From Longimicrobiales bacterium (GTDB lineage Bacteria; Gemmatimonadota; Gemmatimonadetes; Longimicrobiales; Gaopeijiaceae), in the NCBI GenBank assembly GCA_965238005.1, contig OZ250165.1:1024001-1088000 (forward strand): a stretch of 64,000 nucleotides of DNA. The letters run 5' to 3'. A program made the position numbers and the translations under genes. Of the stretch, positions 26,536-38,129 are shown piece by piece (position 1 is the stretch's first letter; each line of letters begins with the position of its first letter). The notes beneath the pieces were generated by a model. The model was not told where the DNA came from. It ran no database searches and was given only the letters and a program-made list of their open reading frames with translations.

Positions 26536-27209
26536 ATGTGTGATTGGGGATTGAAGACCACGGTGCTGGTAAGCGTCCTCACAGCCGGAGCCTGCGGCGG
26601 GGGGGGCGGGCTCGATCTCGAGGGCCCCGCCGCCCAGCAGCTCTTCCAGCAATACAGCGGAACCTGGGAGCTCGATGTCCGCCAGAGCGAGACCCCGGGC
26701 CAGAAGCTAGGGGAAGCCAACCGGGGGCTCCGGGGCGGTGAGGACCGAGGCGCCGGAGGGCCCGGCGCGGGTTGCGGCGGTACCGGCCGAGGAGGGCGCG
26801 GCGGCATTGGCGGCGGAGGCGGTGGTGCCCGGGGAGGTCCTGATGGCGGACAGCCTCCCCAGAGGCCATGCAGATGGGAATGGCCCTCGCTCGTGAAGTC
26901 GCGACCACCCTCGAGATGCGACTGGACTCAGTGTCGGTACGCGTCACACCGAGTGGGGGAGTCGCGTACGAGCTCGCCAGCGACGGCGAGGTGAGCGAGC
27001 AGGAGCTCTCGGGCGGGAGTGTCCTCGAGCGTCGCGTGCGCTGGGAGGAGAACGAGCTGACGATCCAGCGGGAGATCTCCGGCTTCTCGGTCACGGACCA
27101 CTACGAGGTGGCGGCCGATGGGAGGGAGATGGTCGTGCTTCGCACCATCAAGCTTCCCCGGCGGTCGGCCGTGAAGGTGAGGCTCGTGTACTCGAGGGCC
27201 GTATCATGA
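26536..27209 (+). pseudogene. Lipoprotein, frameshifted in Gly-rich region
   Basis: AGAC lipobox and YSGTWELD in one frame; C-terminal domain (26868-27209) in another. Confidence 0.5.
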
Positions 27210-29642
27210 GGGCCCCACAGATGGCGGGAGCTGACGTCGGCCTGCGTAGGGGCTGTCTGCCGGCCCTGGCCTTTACCCTCACCTTCACGCTCGCCTTCCT
27301 GATGCCCCTGAACGCACGAGGCCAGAGCGTGGACCTCATCGGGACCGTAGTCGACTCCCTTACCAACGAGGTTTTGCCCAACGTCTCGGTGGCTTTGGAT
27401 GAGTCGTCGTACAGTGCGCTCACCGATGCGTTCGGCCGGTTCTCCCTGGTGGGCCTCCCCGACGGGCCCATCCAGCTCACCATCGAGCATCTCGGCTACC
27501 GCACGTTCGTGCTCGAGCTTGCCGAGGCACCGACGGACCCGCTGAAGGTGATGCTGGCACCGGACGCCATCGAACTGGGTGGAATCCGCGTGCGAGCACA
27601 GACACCGGTCATGGACGCCAGCCGCGGGATCAGCCAGGTCTCGATCTCTCCGGAGCAGATCCAGGCTCTGCCGTCCTTGGGCGAGGCAGACATCTTCCGC
27701 TCGCTCCAACTCCTACCGGGCGTGAGCGGCACGAACGACGCCACCTCGGGACTCTTCGTGCGGGGCGGGACGCCTGACGAAAATCTGGTGCTCCTGGACG
27801 GCATGACCGTCTACCACGTGGACCACTTCTTCGGCATATTCAGCGCCTTCAACGCCGACGCCATCAAGGACGTGCAGCTCTACAAGGCCGCGTATCCGGC
27901 CCGCTACGGCGGGCGCACGTCCAGCGTGGTAGACATGGTCGGGAGGGCGGGGGATCCCCAGGCGTTCCGCATGAGTGCCGGCGTGAATCTGCTTAGCGGC
28001 CGCACCACCTTGGAGATTCCACTCGGGGACGCTGCCGCGCTCATGGTCTCCGCCCGGAGGTCATATACGGACATCATCCAGAGCGGCCTCTTCAACAACC
28101 TCTTCGGTACGCTGACCGACGCGGACGAGGCGGCGGCCCCACAACAGGCTGCAGGCTTCGGCGGCCGTCGCGGGCGATTCCAAGTCCAGGAGGCCGTCCC
28201 TTCGTTCTACTTCTACGACGTGAACGCCAAGCTGACCTGGACTCCGACGTCCCGCGATGTGGTGGCGGTGAGCTTTTACGGCGGGGCGGACAATCTGGAC
28301 CAGTCCTCCACGGGCCAGGCCATCCAGTTCGGTGGCAACGCCTTCAACACGCCGAGCCGTCAGGAGATCACCGACTGGGGGAACCGCGGCGTCAGCGGCC
28401 GCTGGTTCCGGCATTGGGGAGGCCGCTTCAGCTCGGACGCCCAGATCGCCGCCAGCGAGTACTTCAGCGATGGCACCCGGGAGATCACGTCCGATCGGTT
28501 CGCCGGCGGATTCCTGGAGGAGAACCGGGTCCAGGATCTGAGCATTCGACTGGACAACTCCTGGAGGGCTGGGCGGTCCTCCACCGTCGAGTTCGGGGCT
28601 CTGCTGACTTCGAGCGACGTCCGTTACGGCTTCGAGCAGCTTCAGGGGGACTCGGTCCGCGGGAGCTTGGCTCGGGAAGGCGATGCGCTCCAGACCAGCG
28701 GGTACGTGCAGCACGTCTGGACGGGTCCCGTCGGCGTCAAGGTCACCGCGGGAGCCCGGGGCACCCACTACGACGCTACGGGCACCACCTACTTCGAGCC
28801 GCGAGCGGCGCTGGAGTTGCCTCTCGGCTCGAATCTCAAGGTCAAGAGTGCCTGGGGCCGGTACAACCAGTTCATCAAGCGGGTGGAGAACGAGGACATT
28901 CTCGAGGGGAGCCGTGACTTCTGGGTGCTCTCCGACTCCGTTCTCCCTCCCGCTCTCGCCGAGCATTTCATGGGGGGGTGTCAGCTACGAGACCCAGGGT
29001 TTCCTCATCGACCTCGAGGGCTACTACAAGGATCTCGATGGCGTGACGCAGTTCTCCACGCGCTCCCGTCGAAGGCCGGGACAGGCCTTCAACGACCTGT
29101 TCTTCTCGGGGACGGGTGTCGCAAAGGGGGTGGAGCTACTCGTTCAGAAGAAGGCGGGTCCCCTCACCGGATGGGTGAGCTACTCGCTGAGCCGGGTCGA
29201 GTACGATCTGGACAACTTCAACGACGGGGAAGCGTTCGCGGCGAGCCATGACCAAACCCACGAGCTCAAGGCAGTGGGTATCTATCAAGCCGGACCCTGG
29301 ACGTTTTCCGGTTCTTGGGTCTACGGGTCGGGCCGGCCGTACACGGCGCCGGAGAGCGAATATGGCGTGGAGCTACTCGATGGAACCTCTTTCAGCTACG
29401 TCCACGTGGGAGGCAAGAACGCCGAGCGCCTCCCCGCCTACCATCGGATGGATCTGGGCGCGACCCGCCGATTCGAGTCCGACCGCTTCTTCTACGAACT
29501 GAGCGTCTCCGCGTTCAACGCCTACGGGCGCAACAATGTGTGGTACCGGAAGTTCGACCTGAGCGAGAGCGCGGTTGTCGTGACGGATGTGACCACCCTT
29601 CCGTTCACACCCAGCATCGGATTCCGGATGGGGATCAAGTAG
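27206..29642 (+). pseudogene. TonB-dependent receptor with frameshift at G7 run (28972-28978)
   Basis: Plug motif LQLLPGV..VRGGTPDENL; barrel continues in second frame to SIGFRMGIK. Confidence 0.85.
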
Positions 29643-29651
29643 GAGACACAG

Positions 29652-30518
29652 ATGAGATCATATGTAATCTTGGCTCTGGCGATCGTCGGAGCCCTGGCGG
29701 CCCAGGCCTGCACCGACTCCAATCCGGTGGCCCCCGACGGCGACATCCTCGTGGTTCGGGCGTTCCTCTTCGCCGGCGAGCCGGTGACCGATATCCGCAT
29801 CACGACCACGGTCCCGTTGGTGTCTGAGGACACCCTCGGCATACCCGTGAGCGATGCCATGGTCTGGCTGGAGCGCGGCGATGCTCGCTTCGACTTGATC
29901 GCCACTTCGGGAGCGCCGGGAGCGTATCACTATCCGGGCGCTGATCTGGTAGTCGAGTGGGGCGACGTCTTCGAGTTGGGGGTCTCCCGTGGTTCCGAGA
30001 GCCTATCAGCCACGACGGTCGTGCCGTCCCCCCCGGAGGGATTCGCCGTGTCGTCCGATGTCTTGGATGTGGTGGATCTCACCGCTGGGTTCGGTGGATC
30101 CGGTGGGCGCCGCGGCGGCGGCGGCGGCCCGGGCGGGCTGGCCTTCGGGGGCGTCATCGTCCGCTGGATCAACCCTGAGCGGGACCTGTTCTTCGTGGTG
30201 GTGGACAACCTCGAGATCCATCCGGAGCAGATCCCGGCCCCGGAGTTCATCGGACAGGCGAGGCGTTTTGTGTCGGTGCCCACACCGGCGGACAGCACGG
30301 TGATCAGCCAACTTTCCCTCACGCACCTCGGCGAGCATCGGATTCGCCTGTACCACGTGAATCAGGAGTACGCAGATCTCTATGAAGGTCGAGTGCAGGA
30401 CTCCCGCGACCTCAACGAGCCACCCAGCAACATCCGGGGTGGGTTGGGCGTGTTCTCGGCGTTCGCCTCACAGGAAGGGCGGTTCACGGCTCGAATGCAG
30501 ACAGTGGAGGTGAACTGA
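29652..30518 (+). CDS. DUF4249-like lipoprotein (TBDR partner)
   Basis: AQAC lipobox; PSNIRGGLGVFSA C-terminal motif. Confidence 0.75.
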   Translation: MRSYVILALAIVGALAAQACTDSNPVAPDGDILVVRAFLFAGEPVTDIRITTTVPLVSEDTLGIPVSDAMVWLERGDARFDLIATSGAPGAYHYPGADLVVEWGDVFELGVSRGSESLSATTVVPSPPEGFAVSSDVLDVVDLTAGFGGSGGRRGGGGGPGGLAFGGVIVRWINPERDLFFVVVDNLEIHPEQIPAPEFIGQARRFVSVPTPADSTVISQLSLTHLGEHRIRLYHVNQEYADLYEGRVQDSRDLNEPPSNIRGGLGVFSAFASQEGRFTARMQTVEVN

Positions 30519-30850
30519 GCCGAGGGCCGAAGGCCCGGCCGCTTGCCCGGGTTGCCATCGAGCCGCTTCATCGCGGCGGGCTTCGGCTTCCGAACCTCTC
30601 ATACCTCTGGGACCTGTCCGAGTCCTTCGGCGATCAGTATTCGGGCCCGTACGTATACTCACGATGTAAAGATACGTACACCTCTGCGAAGAGGAACTCC
30701 GAAGGGCGGATACGCGAAAGAGGCCTTGCGGAGGATTGCCGGTTCGAGCTCGTTCTTCTCCTGGGTGTCGGAGCCCATGGGTCTAAGCAAGCGAGGCCTG
30801 GATGAAGACCGCGCCGGCGCAGCCTTGAGAAGTGATCATCGACGCATTCC

Positions 30851-31828
30851 TCAAAAGTCGATGTGCTGGATTTCATCCATCTCCTGAGCGGCTTCGAAGA
30901 TCGTGCCCGCCACGGTCAGGTCCTGGATTGCGATTCCAGAGCTGTCGAAGACGGTGACCTCAGTATCGGAAATCCTGCCGGGTGATTCTCCACGCGTGAC
31001 CGACCCCAAAGCACAGATGTCATCGACTGAGTCAATGAGTCCATCGTCATAGGCATGCTGAAATTCGCCGATGTTGATGGATTGTTGGGGGTAATCGGCA
31101 AACAGGCGCGCGTGTTTCAATATGGCCGTATCGAGTTCGTGCTTGCCCTTGTCATCGGCGCCCATCGCCGAAATATGAGTTCCTTCTTCGATCCATTCAT
31201 TCCAAACAAGTGGTGACTGCGACGGGGTAACGGTGACGACGATATCTGAGCCACGCACGGCATCTTCCGCGCTCATGAATCGGATGTCGATGTCCACGTC
31301 CACTAAGCGGTCACCTATCCAGCTGGCGCGAGCTTCAGATCGAGTGAAGATCTTGATCAAAGAAAGCGCCCTGACCTCGGCCACTGCTCGAATTTCGTGC
31401 TCGGCCTGATGACCGGCACCGATGACGCCAAGAACTGTCGCATCGGAACGAGCCAGGCTGGAGACTGCGATCGCGTTCCCGGCAGCAGTCCTGTAACCGT
31501 TCAGATAGGATGCGTTCACCAATACTTGAGGAAATCCGGTATCGGGATCGAGCAGCAGGATCGTCGAACCATGGGCAGGCAGTCCCTTATCGAAATTGCC
31601 GGCCCAGTACGTACCGCACTTGAAGCCAACCAGTTCATTGTCAGCGTAACTACCCGATTTAATGGCAAACGCCTCACCACTGTTCAGGCCGTTGCCGATG
31701 GCGACATCGAACACCCGCGCGCGATCACCTGAGACCGCTTCGAATGCTTCCCGAACTGCATCGAAAGCGAGTTGACGGGTCACGATTTTCCGGACCGTCG
31801 CCTCGGAGATTACCGCCAGTTTACCCAT
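30851..31828 (-). CDS. Ornithine cyclodeaminase/mu-crystallin family protein
   Basis: RTAA, IGAGHQA, GAD, FDSSGIAIQD. Confidence 0.9.
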   Translation of the reverse strand: MGKLAVISEATVRKIVTRQLAFDAVREAFEAVSGDRARVFDVAIGNGLNSGEAFAIKSGSYADNELVGFKCGTYWAGNFDKGLPAHGSTILLLDPDTGFPQVLVNASYLNGYRTAAGNAIAVSSLARSDATVLGVIGAGHQAEHEIRAVAEVRALSLIKIFTRSEARASWIGDRLVDVDIDIRFMSAEDAVRGSDIVVTVTPSQSPLVWNEWIEEGTHISAMGADDKGKHELDTAILKHARLFADYPQQSINIGEFQHAYDDGLIDSVDDICALGSVTRGESPGRISDTEVTVFDSSGIAIQDLTVAGTIFEAAQEMDEIQHIDF

Positions 31829-32192
31829 CGCTTACCTCCTCGACCCAAATCGTTTGGTGATTGCCTCGCCCCCGTCCGGATCGGCGACGCGGTAATCCTG
31901 ACATGTGATCATCGATGCATCCCCTGGAAAGGAGTCCGGGCTGACGCTAAATGGGAGACGTGCTGATGGGATCCCCGAGGCAGGTCTCCCTCTACTGAGT
32001 GATCCGTTTGAACACTCGCTGCGCGCGACGGACATCACCCGTGCCCCGCGGGAGGCCAGTAGATGAGCCGCCACCCGCCCGATTCCACACCCTGCTACCC
32101 GTTACCAGCGCCACCCGTCCTTCCACTCCCGGCATCGTGCACTCCCTTTTACGAATCCGAGTTTGCCATGCCCGTGTGGGCCACCTACTCCA

Positions 32193-33230
32193 TCAGCGCG
32201 AGCCTTGCGCCGGTTCGGGCGCTAGTGCGGCCTCCTGGGCGACCAAGGCCACGACGGACCGGACAATGTCGGTCGCGAAGGCGTAGTCGTAGGTCACACC
32301 GGTTGGACTGCCCGAGTCGTTGGCGAGTCGGTCCGAGGCGTCCTCGAAGGTGTGGTAGTTCACGTTCGCGTCCCAGAAATCCGGCAGCGAGTTCTCGATG
32401 ACCAAGAAGGCCGGATAGCCCTGATTCAGGAACGAGTCATTGTCGGAGGTCGACTCTGTCTCGATGATGGTGTCGTTGACGATGAGGGACGGGACGTAGT
32501 CGGCCGCCGCCTGCTGAAAGGCCTGGGCCCAGGCCCACGAAGGCGGGTGCTTGGCCTGGGCCTCCACCTCGGCATCGATGACCGTATGGGGATCAACGTC
32601 CGAGCCCGGCCTTAAGATCATGTCCATGTTGATCATGCCCACGAGGTTCTCGCCACTCGCGACGACATGGTTGGCGACGTAGTCCTTGCTTCCCGCACGG
32701 CCGTCCTCTTCGGCGTTGAAGCCGATGAACCGGATGGTCGACTCGAACCGGTACTGGCTCAGGACCCGGGCCGCCTCCAATACGCCGGCAGTGCCCGAGG
32801 CGTTGTCATCACCGCCGGGCCGGTCGCCTTCGATGTGATCGTAATGGCCGCCCACGATGTAGATGTTCTGAGGGGTCGTCGTTCCGGCGAGTTCGCCGAC
32901 CACGTTCAGGTAGCTTCCTTGAAGGGAGACGCTCAATCCCATGGCCTCGAACGCGTCCTGGAGGTACAGCCGGGCTTCCTGGTTACCGAGGGAACCGGGG
33001 CCCTCCCAGCCGTCGCGGTTCCGATAGCCCATGTCGTAGTCGGCCCCGCCATACAGCCCGAGCCCCATCTTCTCCACGTCCAAGTGATACGTCTGGTAGT
33101 GCGTCTGAGAAACGCCATCCACCACGGCCTGAACGGACGGCACTTCAGCCTCCGGGGTGCACCCGGCAACCAGCACAGAGAGTAGGGCCGCCGTGGTCGG
33201 TACAGCCCAAGCGTTGGAACGGTCCAGCAT
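32193..33230 (-). CDS. M28 family metallopeptidase lipoprotein
   Basis: GGHYDH, GGDDNASG, AEEDG, NMDMI, YHT. Confidence 0.88.
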   Translation of the reverse strand: MLDRSNAWAVPTTAALLSVLVAGCTPEAEVPSVQAVVDGVSQTHYQTYHLDVEKMGLGLYGGADYDMGYRNRDGWEGPGSLGNQEARLYLQDAFEAMGLSVSLQGSYLNVVGELAGTTTPQNIYIVGGHYDHIEGDRPGGDDNASGTAGVLEAARVLSQYRFESTIRFIGFNAEEDGRAGSKDYVANHVVASGENLVGMINMDMILRPGSDVDPHTVIDAEVEAQAKHPPSWAWAQAFQQAAADYVPSLIVNDTIIETESTSDNDSFLNQGYPAFLVIENSLPDFWDANVNYHTFEDASDRLANDSGSPTGVTYDYAFATDIVRSVVALVAQEAALAPEPAQGSR

Positions 33231-33574
33231 GGGGGTCTCCTTTTGCCGGCAGGTTGGCCAATACATCCAGCGTTTGTCAATGATGAGCGTCCGCCTCGGA
33301 AACTTGCAGCGACTGGATCTGGGCGGCGGCCGTGATTGAGCGGATCACATCGCTAGGTGCACGCGATCTGCGTGGGCGCATCAACCTCATCTGTTGCCAT
33401 CCAGAAAGACGGACGCCGTTCCTTCCCGGCCACCGTGACCTTGGTCTGTGCTCTCCGGGCGAGGCGGGTGACGCGCAAGCAGATACCGTGTCAGACGCCT
33501 GCAATCACGTTCTGAGCGTCTTCGGGCTTTCTTCGGTATGGGGGTAGGCCGGAACGGCCTTGTGGCTTTGAGGG

Positions 33575-34921
33575 CTACTGTAGTGACACCCATATGGAGC
33601 CCTCGGACAGGCGAACCGGAAAGATCGACAGAGGTCGTTGGTTCTTGCTCACATCTCCTGCCTCTTCATGGCCTAGCGCCGTGCCATCCGCCGCCAACGC
33701 TCCGGTCCACACCCGTATCTCACCCGTCTCCAGATCGAAACAGCTCTCGTGCCAGCGGCAAGTGATGGAGTCGTCATCTCCCACCTCGCTATCGTTCAGC
33801 GGAGGCATCAGGTGGGGGCAAGCATTGTTGATTGCATGAAGACTGTCCGCCGTACGTATGAGGAGGAGATCGAACTCCTCGAGTTCGACGACCTTACGCG
33901 TGCCGATGGGCAATTCGGCCTCGCTGAGGACGCGCACCCAGTCCAGGCCTGCATATCTGTGCCTCGTCTCGTCTGGTTCTTCGACCTCGTCCGACAGGGC
34001 CGCCGCGGCCGATGGAGCCAGTCCCGAGATCTCGTATAGGCTCCAGCGCCCACTCGCCCCGGGCAGCTTTACCCGCACGAAGTCCTCGATCGTCACGCTT
34101 TCCTTCACCTCTTTGTACAGATCTTCGGAAACGAGCAAGCGGGTGTCGGCGGATTTGTTGGCGGCCTCGATTCGGCTGGCGACGTTGATGGTCTCACCGA
34201 CCCCAGTGAGCTTCTCCGTCTTGGCGGATCCGACGGTACCGATCACGGCCGGGCCGTAATGCATACCGATCCCGACGTCGAAGCTTTGGCTGTACATCGC
34301 CTCCAGGTAGGGCTTGAGGCGATCTACCACATGGAGGATCTCCATCGCGGCCATCACACCTCGCAAGGGCGCGTGGGCGTCGTCCTCGATACCGAAGAGA
34401 GCCAGGACGCCATCCCCGTAGAAGTCGACGATATAGCCGCCGTTGCGCTCGATGACATCGCCTACCTGGAAGAAGTAGCGATTCAGGATGAAGATGACGT
34501 CGTATGCAGACAGGGTTTCGGTCAGGGCCGTGAAACCACGTATGTCACAAAACAGAACGGCGACGTTCTTGACTGCGCCGCAACGCCCCAAGCGCTTCCG
34601 CGATAACTGGCTGGTGATCTCTAGATCCGTCTCGTCGAGCACTAGGCGTCGGAGCTTCACGTCGCCGACTACCTTGGTCTGGCAAGCCAAGCGTACCTCC
34701 GGCCCGAACCCGAGTCGATCTGCGAGGGAGCGTTCCCGATCCGAGCGTGCGACACAGTTCTCTAGTCCCTCCAGGATCCAGACACGGCAAGTGGAGCATC
34801 TGGCGTGGCCGCCGCACGCGTGTGCGTGTGCAAGGTTCGCCCGAAGTGTCGCTTCCAGAATCGTGTCGCCGTCCCTGGCATCGATTCCCTTCCGGTCGGG
34901 AAGGCATGTGATTTTCGCCAT
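33575..34921 (-). CDS. Class III adenylate/guanylate cyclase with N-terminal 2Fe-2S ferredoxin and C-terminal Rieske domain
   Basis: CGGHARCSTC...RLAC; FCDIRGFT, GDG, NVASRIE; CPH...CRWH. Confidence 0.88.
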   Translation of the reverse strand: MAKITCLPDRKGIDARDGDTILEATLRANLAHAHACGGHARCSTCRVWILEGLENCVARSDRERSLADRLGFGPEVRLACQTKVVGDVKLRRLVLDETDLEITSQLSRKRLGRCGAVKNVAVLFCDIRGFTALTETLSAYDVIFILNRYFFQVGDVIERNGGYIVDFYGDGVLALFGIEDDAHAPLRGVMAAMEILHVVDRLKPYLEAMYSQSFDVGIGMHYGPAVIGTVGSAKTEKLTGVGETINVASRIEAANKSADTRLLVSEDLYKEVKESVTIEDFVRVKLPGASGRWSLYEISGLAPSAAAALSDEVEEPDETRHRYAGLDWVRVLSEAELPIGTRKVVELEEFDLLLIRTADSLHAINNACPHLMPPLNDSEVGDDDSITCRWHESCFDLETGEIRVWTGALAADGTALGHEEAGDVSKNQRPLSIFPVRLSEGSIWVSLQ

Positions 34922-35063
34922 CGGCTAGTTGCCCGCCGCTACCTGGTCACAACGGATTCGCGATTCTGCTGATCTTATAAGGTGAAGGTTGGCCTCACTC
35001 GGGTGGGGCACTACGCTGGGCTTACTCAAGGTCCTGCGGCGCCCAAACCCAAGGAGGCCAACC

Positions 35064-35520
35064 ATGTTTGTCGCAGGAATCGACGCTCACGCAACGTATT
35101 CAGTGATCGCCATCGTAAGCAACACAGGTCGGCTCGTGCACGGACCCGTCCGTATCAAGAACACCGAAGCGGATCGACTCGTCGAGCTCCTCCAGCAAGT
35201 TTCGCCCGCTCGAGGTGGTCGTGGAGACGAGCCCGGCCTGGCCGTGGCTCTTCGATCGACTCCAGCGCAGGGGGATCCACTTCGTGCTTGCCCACACCAA
35301 GCGGCTGCGAGTCATCGCCGGGGCCAACCGTTGGCTGAGGGGCCTTCGTCCGGGCCGTCGTGAGCCACGTCGCTCACGCGCCCGACAGCTGGCTATCGCA
35401 GTCGTACGACCAACTGAAGCAGCGTCTCGGGTGGCAGGTCGCCCGGGTCGCTACAGATCGTCGCCTCGCCCGCGCCGTTCACGCGATGCTCCCTACGGGT
35501 GAGGTCTGGCGAGGTGAACC
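35064..35520 (+). pseudogene. IS110-family recombinase remnant (internal deletion and frameshift)
   Basis: MFVAGIDAH DEDD start joined to C-terminal YDQLKQRLGWQVARVA..RRLARAVHAML.TGEVW. Confidence 0.7.
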
Positions 35521-35836
35521 CGTGCCGCGAGAGGACGGACCTCGCGATGCAATGTGCCACGAAAGGGGTGAGCTCCAAGTCGCGCATATCGCTCTTAGAC
35601 GACCCGCTTCTGAGGACGACCGTCGGGCGAGACATGAGGAGTCGCGGCCTGGAGGGACAGTGGGTGGAGATGTGACACGCGTGCGGGATCCTGAACACGA
35701 TGACCCTGCTCGGGATGTCCTCGGCTCCGAGCCATGCACCAACGCGCAGGCCACCTCGCTTGCAAAAGGTGCGGCGCCCTGGAAGATTGACCGCTCCTCT
35801 GAGTCCGCACCCGACCTGCAGCACGGAGATGTCCCG

Positions 35837-37264
35837 ATGGCCGACCGTACGCTCACGACACTAGACGGAGGCACGACTCAGGTCGAGCAAGGCGCGGTGG
35901 ACGCGCTCGCAGCGAGTGTCGCCGGCGAGCTGTTGACCGCCGAGACGGAAGGCTACGACGAGGCCAGGAGTCTGTGGAACGCGATGATCGATCGGCGGCC
36001 CGGGCTGATCGTCGAGTGTGCCGTGGCGGGGGACGTCCCACACGCAGTGCGGTTCGCTCGGGAGAACGGGGTGCGGGTGTCGGTGTGCGGGGCGGGTCAC
36101 AACATCGCGGGGAACGCGGCGTCGGACGGGGGCCTGATGATCTCCTTCAAGAAGATGAGAGCGGTCGAAGTGGACGCGGACAGTCGGACGGTTCGAGTGG
36201 AGCCGGGCGCGACCTTGGGCGACATGGACGCGGCGACGCAGGAGCATGCGCTCGCCGTGCCCACCGGAATCAACTCGACGACCGGAATCGCCGGTCTGAC
36301 CTTGGGCGGTGGCTTCGGCTGGCTCAGCCGCAAGTACGGTATGACCGTCGACAGCCTCATGTCGGCCGACGTCGTGACGGCGGACGGTGATACGGTGCGG
36401 GCGAGCCAGGACGAAAATCCCGACCTGTTCTGGGGCCTTCGGGGCGGGGGAGGGAACTTCGGTGTCGTCACCTCGTTCGAGTTCCGAGCGCATCCGGTGG
36501 GTCCAGAAGTGCTAGCAGGCCTGATCGTCCACCCCTACTCGGACGCCGGCGATATCCTCCGAGCCTATCGTAACTTTGCGGCCGACGCCCCCGACGAGGT
36601 GACCGTGTGGGCTGTCCTGCGCAAGGCGCCACCCCTCCCGTTCCTCGCCGAGGACGTGCACGGGACGGAAGTGGTCCTCCTCGCCGCGATGTACGCCGGG
36701 GACATGGAGGCCGGCGAAGCGGCCCTCGCTCCGCTGAGAGCCGTTGGCACCCCGATCGCCGACGTGATCGGGCCGCACCCCTTCGTCGGATGGCAGCAGG
36801 CCTTCGATCCGCTCCTCACGCCTGGTGCGCGCAACTATTGGAAGACTCACGACTTCGCCGAGCTGAGCGACACCCTCCTCGACACCGCGCTCGACTTCGT
36901 GGGACGCATCCCCGACCCGCAATGCGAGGTGTTCTTCGCGCAGGTGGGCGGTGCGCAGAGCCGGATCGTCGACGACGCGACTGCCTACCAGGGGCGCAGC
37001 GCTGCTTTCGTCATGAACGCCCACGGTCGTTGGGCCGATCCCGGCCAGGACGACACCTGCATCGCATGGTGTCGTGAGCTCTTCGACTCGACGGCTCCCT
37101 TCGCCACGGGGGAGGCGTACGTGAACTTCATGACCGACGACGAGGGCGAGCGCGTGGAGGCGGCCTACGGCTCGAGCTACGAGCGCCTGGTCCAACTCAA
37201 GAACCGCTACGATCCCGCGAACCTCTTCCGGATGAACCAGAACATCAAACCATCAGGCGCTTAG
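35837..37264 (+). CDS. FAD-binding oxidoreductase (berberine bridge enzyme-like)
   Basis: WNAMIDRRP, GHNIAG, GGGGNFGVVT, YVNF, KNRYDPANLFRMN. Confidence 0.92.
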   Translation: MADRTLTTLDGGTTQVEQGAVDALAASVAGELLTAETEGYDEARSLWNAMIDRRPGLIVECAVAGDVPHAVRFARENGVRVSVCGAGHNIAGNAASDGGLMISFKKMRAVEVDADSRTVRVEPGATLGDMDAATQEHALAVPTGINSTTGIAGLTLGGGFGWLSRKYGMTVDSLMSADVVTADGDTVRASQDENPDLFWGLRGGGGNFGVVTSFEFRAHPVGPEVLAGLIVHPYSDAGDILRAYRNFAADAPDEVTVWAVLRKAPPLPFLAEDVHGTEVVLLAAMYAGDMEAGEAALAPLRAVGTPIADVIGPHPFVGWQQAFDPLLTPGARNYWKTHDFAELSDTLLDTALDFVGRIPDPQCEVFFAQVGGAQSRIVDDATAYQGRSAAFVMNAHGRWADPGQDDTCIAWCRELFDSTAPFATGEAYVNFMTDDEGERVEAAYGSSYERLVQLKNRYDPANLFRMNQNIKPSGA

Positions 37265-37305
37265 GCTGCGAGCTTGGTCCTCCTCGAGCAGAAACAGAGA
37301 ACTGC

Positions 37306-38129
37306 ATGCCCATATTCATGGATTGGCACGACGTCGGTGAGACGACGGCAGAAGCCGTCGCCGCCGCCCACATGGAGGACCTGCGCCTACCGGCCAAGCA
37401 TGGGTGCCGGGCAGTCACCTACTGGCACGACGAGACGCGAGGCACCGTGTTCTGTCTCTACGACGCTCCGGAAGCCGACGCAGTAGAAGCGCTTCACCGC
37501 GAGTCTCACAGGCTCATGCCAAGTGAAATCATGGCGGTCGAGCTGTCCGAGGTTGCCGCCTTCCTCGGTAGCCTGTCGGATCCGGAGGACGCTCATGACG
37601 AGACACCGCGTGAGTCGGCCTTCCGAGTCATCATGTTCACCGACATGGTTGATTCCACCGAGCTCACGAACCGACGAACCGACTGGGCGATGAGGCGGCG
37701 TTCGACCTGCTCCAAACGCATCACGGCATCATCCGGGGGGGCCTGGATGACCATGGCGGACGGGAGATCGATCGCGCGGGTGACGGCTTCCTGGCATGCT
37801 TTGACTCAGCGACCGACGCGATCCGGTGCGCGACGGTGATTCAAGTCGCTTTGCAGACGCACAACGCGGGGGTGAGCGAAGCACAGATCCGGGTGCGGAT
37901 CGGGCTCGGAGCTGGAGAACCCGTTGTCGGGGGCGGGGTTCTCTTTGGATCAGCCGTGAATCTATCGGCTAGGATTTGTTCATCTGCCGAGCCTGGTCAG
38001 ATCCTAGTCTCCCGTGACGTCCGAGACTTGTGTGAGGGACTGGACGTTCGCTTCGATGAGATCGGAGCCATGCAGTTCAAAGGGTTCTCTGATCCGGTGA
38101 TGATCGACGCTGTCGCCTGGCAGTCGTAA
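37306..38129 (+). pseudogene. DUF4242 (SCO4226-like) plus class III cyclase, frameshifted
   Basis: MPIFMDWH..AVAAAH..D, FCL, MFTDMVDST, VNLSARIC; 8-bp duplication at 37667-37682. Confidence 0.8.

Noticed and set aside
30519..30545. GCCGAGGGCCGAAGGCCCGGC hairpin (and a similar one near 49201) resembling the T-loop inserts
   Set aside because: Only a short GC hairpin is shared; no GAGAC linker, stem 2 or tRNA context. The 30519 hairpin is more likely a terminator-like structure.
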